Shown here: positions 55,060-64,000 of the stretch, one piece after another
Layout of the letters: every line of letters begins with the position of its first letter
Numbering within the stretch: position 1 is the first letter of the stretch
Origin: a bacterium
GTDB lineage: Bacteria; UBA8248
NCBI GenBank assembly: GCA_965213685.1
Contig: CBDBZY010000064.1
Coordinates: 160,001 to 224,000 of the forward strand
Length of the DNA stretch: 64,000 nt
Direction: 5' to 3'
Position numbers and translations under genes: made by a program
The notes under the pieces: generated by a model
Database searches by the model: none
Seen by the model: the letters and a program-made list of their open reading frames with translations, nothing else
What the model was told of the DNA's origin: nothing

Positions 55060-56993
55060 TTGGTTCTCTTGATATATGTTTCATTCAGGAACATTGGTTG
55101 CTACCTGATCAGCTGTATCTGCTGAATGAGTTTCACCCTGATTTTCAGTGTCTCAGTTAGTGGTATTGATGGTAGTGTGTTGTTGTGTGGACGGCCATAT
55201 GGGGGCTGTGCCATTTTGTATCGGCAATCTTTGTTTTCTTCCATTACACCACTTTTATGTAATTCTAATCGTTTTTGTGCTGTCAAATTGCATGATTCCT
55301 GTGGTGTTTCTGTCCTTGTGGTTTGTGTGTATATGCCTGCTCAGTCGCATTCATTTTACTTTGATGAGTACCTAAGTACAATTTGTGAGTTGGAGGGCTT
55401 CTTGGAGTTTCATAAGTGTGATGTGAATTTACTTGTTGGTGATTTTAATGTGGATTTTTCTCGGGGTGACAGTTTAACTTTTATGGATGAGTGGGATCTC
55501 TGTGCACGAGATCTTTCCTTTCCAGACGCTATTCAATTTACTTACGAGCGAGATGATGGGCTTGTAACATCTTGCGTTGATCATGTTCTGTGTTCTATTC
55601 ATAACTCAAATATAGTGTCACATGTTACAAGTGTGCTTCTGGGTTCTAATCTTTCTGACCATCATCCAATTGCATTTACTCTTAACGTTGATTGCTCTTT
55701 GATGGATACCACTTCTCATTCGTTTTCTTCCTCTCCTAGTCTGGACTGGGACAAAGCATCTAAAGAAGATCTTGATAATTACTCTAAGTTAGTTGCTCAG
55801 TCACTTCCACCGTTTCCTCCTGATGTTGCTTCTTGTTGTTCCCCTAATTGCTTGTCACATCTTAGTTGTATTGATCGCTTTGCTGATATGCTTATCACAT
55901 GCCTTTTGAAATGTGCAGCATCCTGCATTCAAGAAGTCGAAGCACAGAGGGCTGGTGGGCTGGAATGATGGGCTGAGGAAGTTGAGGCATGAAACCAATT
56001 TCTGGTATCATGTTTGGTTGGAAGCTGGATGCCCTAAATCTGGCGCTCTCTTCGATATAAAGAAGAAGGCAAAAAAGAGGTATAAATATGCAGCCTGTAA
56101 AGTCAAAAGGCAACAGATGTATTTTTTACGAGATAAGTTAGCTAAGTCTTACTGTCGAAAAAACCCTCGAGACTTTTGGTCACTAGTCAATAAATTGACA
56201 AAACCCAGAAATTCCAGATGTGTTCCAGTTGTTGATGGTGTTTCTGATGGTAATGACATTGCAAACTTGTGGGCTTCTCAGTTGCAGGGCCTTCTCAATA
56301 CGCACAGTTCCTCTTTACGGCACACTTTGCTTCAAGCTTTAAATATCTCTTTATCTCTTGATCATCTTTCAACTGTTCATGTCCCCATTGATGATGTACT
56401 GAATACAATCCATCTAATCAAGCCTAGCAAGGTGGATTCTGCACAGCTATCTGCTGAGCATTTAAGGTACTCTGCACTCTCCATTGCTGGTCCTCTGTCT
56501 GCTTTTTTCACAGCTGTTCTTCGTCATGGATACATGCCCAAGTGTATTCGAGATTGTACGTTGGTCCCCATACCAAAAAATAACAAAGATCCTTCTAGCA
56601 GTAAAAACTACAGAGTAATTGCAATTGCATCTCTCTTGAGTAAAGTCCTGGAAAGAATTATACTCTCCAGATATGAATCCTACTTTACAAGTAGTGCTTT
56701 GCAATTTGGCTTCAAGAAAGGTCATTCAACAACTCTTTGCACAGGACTCATAAAGAATATTGTTTCTAGGTATATACGTAAAGGATCTAAGGTTTATGGC
56801 TGTTTTTTAGATGCAAGCAAAGCATTTGATTTGGTGGACCATGGCATTGTGTTTGATATTCTTCATTCTCGTGGTCTCCCAACTCCTATTCTTCGTTTTC
56901 TTCTAAGTTGGTATAGTAGTCAACAAATGTGTGTTCACTGGAATTCTTGTGTGTCTCATTCGTTTTCTGTTTCTAATGGTGTTCGTCAAGGTA
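55060..56993 (+). mobile_element. LINE-B copy 3 (inverted arm, APE to mid-RT)
   Basis: ORFs 55126-55968 and 55913-57055 mirror 54246-54881 and 53222-54301. Confidence 0.88.
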
Positions 56994-57877
56994 CACTGCA
57001 AAAAAGAGATGGTTATTTTAATCTTGATACGGTTATCTCAGTTGCAGCCGAATGACATCATGTCACCCCCACACAGAGTTATCCTATACTCTTGAGATTG
57101 AAGGCTTGTGGGCAAAGTGTAGGGTGTCTCCAATAATATGTGAGTAATTGGGTGTTGTAAAAGTCATTGTGTGCTATAACAGGAATTTGACAGGGGATGG
57201 GTAAACAGCCCATGATGGGGGGTCACTCCTCTGTCATGCTCAGTAGACTAATGGACTGCAATTTATTCTACAGCTCAGTCCCTCCTGGGTGATATCCTAC
57301 ACATTCTTTATACCTCTGTTCAGTGCCAAGTGTTGAGAGGACAAATGTGAAACTGAAGTAACCATTCTTATTGGTTAAAGTAACCATGGAGTTTTTGCAG
57401 TGTACTGCTTAATCAGCCATTTGAACACCCATTACTTAGAGGATATCCTACACATTCTGCACATTTTATATATACCTGTATACCTGTTCAGTTGCATGCA
57501 CCCAAGCTGAATATCATCGTATCATCTCCACACTGCAATTTAGCCAATACGACTTCTCAGTTGCAATGTCTTATTTCTCCCATAGTCCTAAGACTAAATG
57601 CATGTGGGCATGCATGTGTAGGGTGTTCCCAGAGTAATACATGTTGTGACGGGGTGCTTGAAATGTGGTGGGTAAAGCAACACACCTTTCATGCACAATC
57701 AACACCAGTGGGTTGTGGAACTACTACTGCTTAATCAACACCCGTTACTTAGGGGATATCCTACACATTCTGCACATTTTATATATACCTGTTTAGTACC
57801 AGGTGTTGAGAAAGCAAATATGCAACTGAGATAACCATATGTATTGGTTAAAGTAACCATCACTTTTTTGCAGTGCA

Positions 57878-60800
57878 CGTCATAGAGTCGAGTATAGTTG
57901 CCAGACCCATTTCGGGGGGCGCGTGAGGGTCTGGACGAGACTATTCTACACCTGCTTTCATCATGGCCCAACAAGGGGCGGGCACTTCCGCTTCCGCCGT
58001 TTAAGGCCACTTAAAATATCTTCATACCTTCGCTCTAAAGGGCCCATACAATACCCTTTTCTGCTAAACGCAGCAAGCATAGCAAGTACCTCTTACGCAC
58101 AAAACCCTCCTCTCCTGAATATTAGGTAAGAACCATAATGAGTAGGGTGATAGACATAGTTTATGGTGTCGTAGTGTCGTTCCAGCCCACTGACTGACAT
58201 TGTGCCTGGTGTGTTCCGCAGTGGACTAGTCACGCACGTTTTGAATCCAGCCCTCCTTCACTCTACGCGGGTTGTGACACAGAGTGTTGGGGTTTCGTCC
58301 TTTAATATCAGCTAGAACTCGCATGTACTTTCCAGGAGCCGCGCGTGGTGGTGCTGCAGAACTGAGGGCGCTTAGCGAGGTGCAAAAGTGTAAGAAAGCG
58401 CTTGGTGGGTAAAGCGTATGTTGCGTTCTATGGTATTACAGTATGCCACATTTTTGCCCCTGTATATTGCATTGTATTTTCGTCCATGTTGCGTACTAAA
58501 TGCCAGTACGTTGCAGCGCGTACGGAGGCACCAAGCACACAAGATTCTACCGGTTTCCGAAAGCAATAGGTGTTGGCAACCAGAGGGCGCGACTGGGCTC
58601 CAACCGAGAGTAGTCTCGCGTAGCCAGACTCTCTCCGCAAGCGAGAGTCTGGTCATGCAGGACTTGTTCCGGACACCCCCCCGGGTGTGGTTGCTGGCCA
58701 CAATGTTATGTAGCGACATTCCTAGCAAGATTCCTAGCAAGACATGCACGCGTAGTAAGCCTCACCTGTGTTGAATTCCACATATGGTTACTTCAAACAA
58801 AATGTTGTTTTCTATTGCACATAACCATCTGTACCTGTTAGTTTTAGCTTTGTAATTAGTATATAAGGTTACACATCCTGTGTTAGCAGATTGCTATTAT
58901 GTGTATCCCTGCATAAATATGCAAAGTATTATTGAAAGCTTCCATTACCAATTTTGACACAGATCACACCCCATAATATTTAGTGTTGCACAGTACATTA
59001 TAAACGTGGTTTTGTACTCTGCGGCGAGGAGGAACGCCAGGTACACACTGATTACATTACGTAATATAATAATTTGTCAATGACGTCTTGCGTTCCATTG
59101 ATGACGTTTACATTTACTACACGTACATGCGGATGTATATAGCGACGGCATAGAGCAGAAGCACTGGAGTTGGTTATGCCGAGGCTTAGTAGCGACTAGC
59201 CTCATACCCAGGCGTTCCGAGGGTGAGTCCGTTATTAGAAATACGAAGTACAATAGCACAATAGCTAGTGACGTACTTCAGTGCAATATAGTCAATAAAT
59301 ATAAGGAATGGACAAGACAGAACAAGGACAGTGAACTAGAGCCAAACATGTAATGCACGTTTAAAAGACAACAATGATGCAGGATGCAGATCCAGAGATG
59401 CATGGTGGGAGACTGTTCCACAGAAGGATGGAATGAGGAACAAAAGAAAACATGAAATAATTGGTAGAGCAATGTACAGGCTGGAGGCACAGTGGAGTAT
59501 TGGTTCTAGTGCTGACACTGGAATTGCGATCAAAGATACCTGATGGGAAGTACATTGAGTCATTAAGTATGGCATAAACAACACATAGCTTCATAATGTG
59601 CCTCCTAGATTGCAAATTTGCAATGTAGGCAAGTTAAGCTCCCTCAACATGGTAGTGTATCATAAGTTCTACTTCTTCAGGCAGATTTTTGCAGCCAGCT
59701 TTGGAGTTTTTTCCAAGTGTTCAATTGAGCCCTTTGTGAAGGGGTCCCATACAATGCAACAGTACTGGGCATATTAATGATGCATATAGTTTCCGGAGAA
59801 CTGTAGTGTTGCAGTGTTTGTAAAACTTGCGGTAGACAAAACCCAGTTTTTGTCTTGTTTTGGAGACCACAGAATGAATATGTGCAGCCCAATTTAGGTT
59901 GTGAGTGATAAGAACACCCAAGTACTTCACTTCAAAGACACGATTTAGTTTAGTTGCATTAACAAACAGGTCGACTGCATGACATTCAGGGTTCTTAGAT
60001 CGTTTGGAGATATAAACATCCACTGACACTTATCTTTAATAAATTTCGGATGGTTACTACTGGACCAGTTTCCAATTAAGTCAATGTCCCTTTGTACAAT
60101 TGCAAAGTCCTCACTGCTGCAAATAGGCCTGGAATAACAGATGTCATCTGCATAGAGTGCAAGAGTGGAATCCTTCGATAGTGGGAGATCACAAATATCA
60201 TCAATGAAAAAGATGAACAACAGCGGACCAAGTATTGACCCTTGAGGCACACCCAATAGAACAGGAAGTAACCTGGATATTGCCTCTCCGATAGCAACTT
60301 GCTTAAATCTACCAGTTAAGTAGTCCTGGAGCCACTGGAACAACAGAGGAGGTAAATCTAGCTTAGAAAGTTTCTGAAACAGTGCCCTATCGAAGGCCTT
60401 TCTTAAGTCAAAAAAGACTGCACATATATCCACACCAGTATGCAACTTTGCATTCCAGCAATGTGTAATGTAAGCTAGAGCAGCGCTAGTGGATTTCCCT
60501 GAGCAGAACCCCCACTGGTTTGGAGAGAGTGGGCACTAGTTGTGCATGAAGTCACGCAGAATATTAAAGATATGTCGTTCTAAAATCTTGCTGATAATGG
60601 GTAGAAGCGTAATTGGACGATAGTTGGATGGCAGCTGAAGATGTTTTCCCTTGGGTATAGGAATAACTTTTCCAACTTTCCACTCCGATGGAATTTTGCC
60701 CATTGCAAGAAAATGTTAAATAGCAGCATTAGTGCTGGCCCAATACACTGGGCAACCAACTGTAACATTTCAACAGTAGTTATTGCAGGTGACTTTTGGG

Positions 60801-63800
60801 TTTCAGGGAAGAAATCAGGCACACAACTTCCTCTTCAGAGATGTCAATTAATGATATATCTGAGGTGGAGTCACTCAGATGATGAGATGGAGAATGTTGA
60901 AGAGGAGAATCTGATTTGTTAAGGCTCTCACCAAAGAAAACGTTCAGTACTTCAGCTTTCTCAGCGTCTTCCGACACCAACGTATTATCAGAAACCAGTG
61001 TAGGAATATGACTTGAAACAGTGTTCGAAGTGTTCACTATTTTCCAAAAACTTCTGAGGATCATTTGCCATTCTGGAGAGGTTACTGAAAAAAACAGCTC
61101 TGGATGACCTAATGAGTTTGACCACTCGATTTCTCATCTCTTTATACTTTTTCCAAGCAGATACACTCTGCGATATCTTGAACTTACGATACAAGTGATC
61201 TCTTTTAATAGCACACATAATATTTTTGTTAATCCAAAGCAAATAACGCCGGCATTGCTGTTTAGCTCGTGGAACACACTGTTGCATTATGTCTAAAAAG
61301 ATCTTTTTCCAGTTTTGCCATGACTCATTTAAATTACTCGTCAAGATTATTTTCCAGTCAGTGTTTCTTATCAATGCACATGCTTTGCCGTAGCCCACAC
61401 TAGTCTCATCAGTTAGACTCTCTAAGAGAAAGAAAGTGGAAGAAAAAGTGGACTCTTGTGGGACTCGAACCTAGGACTCTCAACTTTCTATATTCTGACG
61501 CTCTTCCGACTTCTGACAGCAGGCAAAGTCGATACCATATCCTGACAACAGTCTCTGCTGATCTGCAATGAAGCTCCCTGCTGCCCCAACAGACAAGATG
61601 GTTGTTAAAGTCTAGGGCAACCAACCTAGCCTAGCCTAGTTAGTCTGAGGGGCAGTGGCTGAAGCAGGAGACCCATTAAGGGTCTGTTTTTTTAAAAGTA
61701 TAGACACATGATAACCCCTGGTTGGTGTATGATGGGGGAAAACAAACATGACAAACAAACAGCCTGCCTGCTGGCTGGGCTCTTTAGCTCTGACTCAGTC
61801 GGTAGAATGTCAGCATATAAAGCTGAGATTCGTGGGTTCAGGTCCTGCAGGAGTCCACTTTTTCTTCCACTTTCTTTCCATCACTCAGATGATACGGCAG
61901 TGAGTTTTTCCTCCCTCATACATAACCAGGCTGGGCTGGGTTTGGTTGCCTCAGACTTTATTAACCACTTTGTCGATTGAGGGGTTATCATGTGTCTCTC
62001 TAAGAGAGTCTGACATGTCATAGGGCATTCGTGTTGCTTAGTCAGGCCTGGTGTACTTGTAGTAACCAGAGGAGGTTGGAAGCGGTTACGTGATCGCCCA
62101 AGCCGTGTACATTATGCCCATTGAGAAGAGTTTGACATTATTTCAGGGTGACGAAAGGGAAGCAGACTGTACCATACTACGAAAAATGCTTTCAGGCCAT
62201 CAACCCCTTCCAACCCCTGGGTAATTGGCGAGTTACGGCACAACGCACGACAGAGCTTCAGCAATGTAAACAGGTAGCGCCTAGGGCCAGTGTAGAAGAT
62301 AGCGACGATACCTGCCTGACACGCATAGCTACAGGAGCGCTTTCACAAACCTACCAACTCGGCTGGTATATATGCTAAATATGCTCATTGACGGTATAGT
62401 AATTGTTTATGTGTGGGATTTAAGTCACATGATTTCGTCGCCGCTTCCAACCTCCTGTGTAGTAACTGCCGTTCTAGCACAAACAACGCAAGCGCAGTAA
62501 TGAAAATTACGTAGTAAGCAAGTCAAGTACTAGTACTGTACTATACTAGCCCATCGAGGGTCACGTGATATCGCGCAATGCTGCGCAATGCGCAGTATAC
62601 GCTGGTGTGTTAAATTTATTTTTCTAAGCCTTGAGGCTGTTCTAGTTGTTTTCCAATTTAGATTTTTCTAAGCTTAGAGGCTACTGTATGTCAAAGTTAT
62701 TTTCTAAGCCTAGAGGCTGTGGTGTGATAAATTGCTCTGAGCTATTTTTCTAAGCCTTGAGGCTGTTTTTGTTGTTAATGTCTGTGTCTGTGTATATGTG
62801 AGTTCAAGACAACACTTGGGTGTATGGGAAGAGTTGGCGCCATAAAAGATCTTCAACCCACCGCCCCAGTTCTCAAGGCTGGGCATCCAGGTGTCTTGTG
62901 CTCATTGTGTTACATGTATACGTATAGGGGGTTATGGCCTTAATTCACCTTTCTTTTAACTTTCTTTGACTCTTTCTAGCTGGTGTGCTATGCACATATT
63001 ATTTCATGTACTAAAGGATGAGGATGGCTAAGAGTATCGAAAGAGACGGTAAACATGGCAGGGTCCAGCCTACTCCCAAGGGCTGCTAGCATGCTAAGAG
63101 TGTAGCATCGAGTTCTTGCTTACTGTCACCACACCTTGGTTCTACTCTCACACTGGACGCCTTTTTCACCTGGTCAGTGATTATTCAACTGTCACTGTAA
63201 CTGGATCTCTGTTCAAGAGACTTAGTGTATTCATTTCACTGCATAAGGTCAATTGTATTCCTCTTCGTCTTCACAACATTCCTTCCCTTGAATTACAGCA
63301 CCACAGTGACGTAAGGGTTGGACCTGTAATTTCGGGTGCGGCTTTTTCTCTGCACCTAGCAAGAACGGCCTCGCGAAGCCACGCCTATTAATTTTAGGCT
63401 GGCGTTGTCGCTGATTTGAGAGAGGTTTGAGCAGCGTCTTTCTATTGTACAAAAACGTTAATGTAGCGGGTATGAGTTAGCCAGTTAGACACATGTAGTG
63501 AAGTAGTCACTCTAGCTCAGGACTTTTTGGAGGGGCTCAGCCCCCCAACTTCAAAATGGCGTGATGGTGGTCAAGCTCCTTCCAGTTAAGCCCCTTTCTA
63601 CTCTGTTCCTGATGGGTAGCAGTGGCTGTTATGATTTGTTCGAGGGATTCTGAAAGAAGCTTGCAAGAACAGAATACATTTTAGTGAACTATTGCCAGGA
63701 AAAAGGATACAAACAAGTATTAAAAACATTTTTTTAAATGTTGAAAGATGTAGGGATGGCTGTGCCAAAAACCACAGAAACTAGGTGTAGGGATGTGCAG

Positions 63801-64000
63801 GCAAGACATGTTGTTATACAAAGACTACACAAGTGACCCCATCCCTACATTTTTTGCTTCAAACTGTTGTTCTCAATACCTAATGGCATGCATAGCCAGC
63901 AAAATCATATCAGGTATAAAAAATGATGTAGGGATGGGGTTACTTGTGTAGTCTTTGTATAACATGTCTTGCCTGCACACTGCCATCCCTACACCTAGTT
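57878..64000 (-). repeat. Inverted third copy of ~2690-15765 with several deletions (includes LINE-A copy 3 at ~59230-61403)
   Basis: Reverse-complement collinearity; runs off the end of the window. Confidence 0.88.
62805..62898 (+). ncRNA. Twister-like copy with G-to-A at the predicted catalytic guanine
   Basis: UGGG-A-A-GAG instead of UGGG-G-A-GAG; the rest of the core is intact. Confidence 0.55.

Overview
Repeat-dense eukaryotic DNA, most likely an invertebrate animal (the TE repertoire and TACATGTA richness suggest a demosponge; this is inference). The only intact host genes are two intronless, membrane-anchored formylglycine-type arylsulfatase paralogs (minus strand, ~0.1-1.8 kb and ~27.4-29.1 kb). 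Nearly everything else is nested transposable-element sequence: two LINE families, two Penelope-like retroelement families (one near full length with the GIY-YIG domain upstream of the RT, i.e. Naiad-type), Helentron/DINE-like elements with ~340-bp terminal palindromes, and Kolobok-, Sola-, P-, CACTA-, hAT- and Tc1-like elements. A ~19-kb block is present about three times: two direct copies plus a fold-back inverted copy centred near 55.1 kb, so empty and filled insertion sites can be compared directly. Highlight: both Penelope-like families carry a sense-strand, circularly permuted (type-P5) twister-ribozyme fold in the 3' terminal repeat, with covarying stems and a palindromic linker in place of a strong P1. 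Other notable items are self-homogenising terminal palindromes in the TSD-less elements and an unassigned pseudoknot RNA at the 5' end of an ORF1-less LINE. All alignments and folds were done by eye, so coordinates may be a few bases off.
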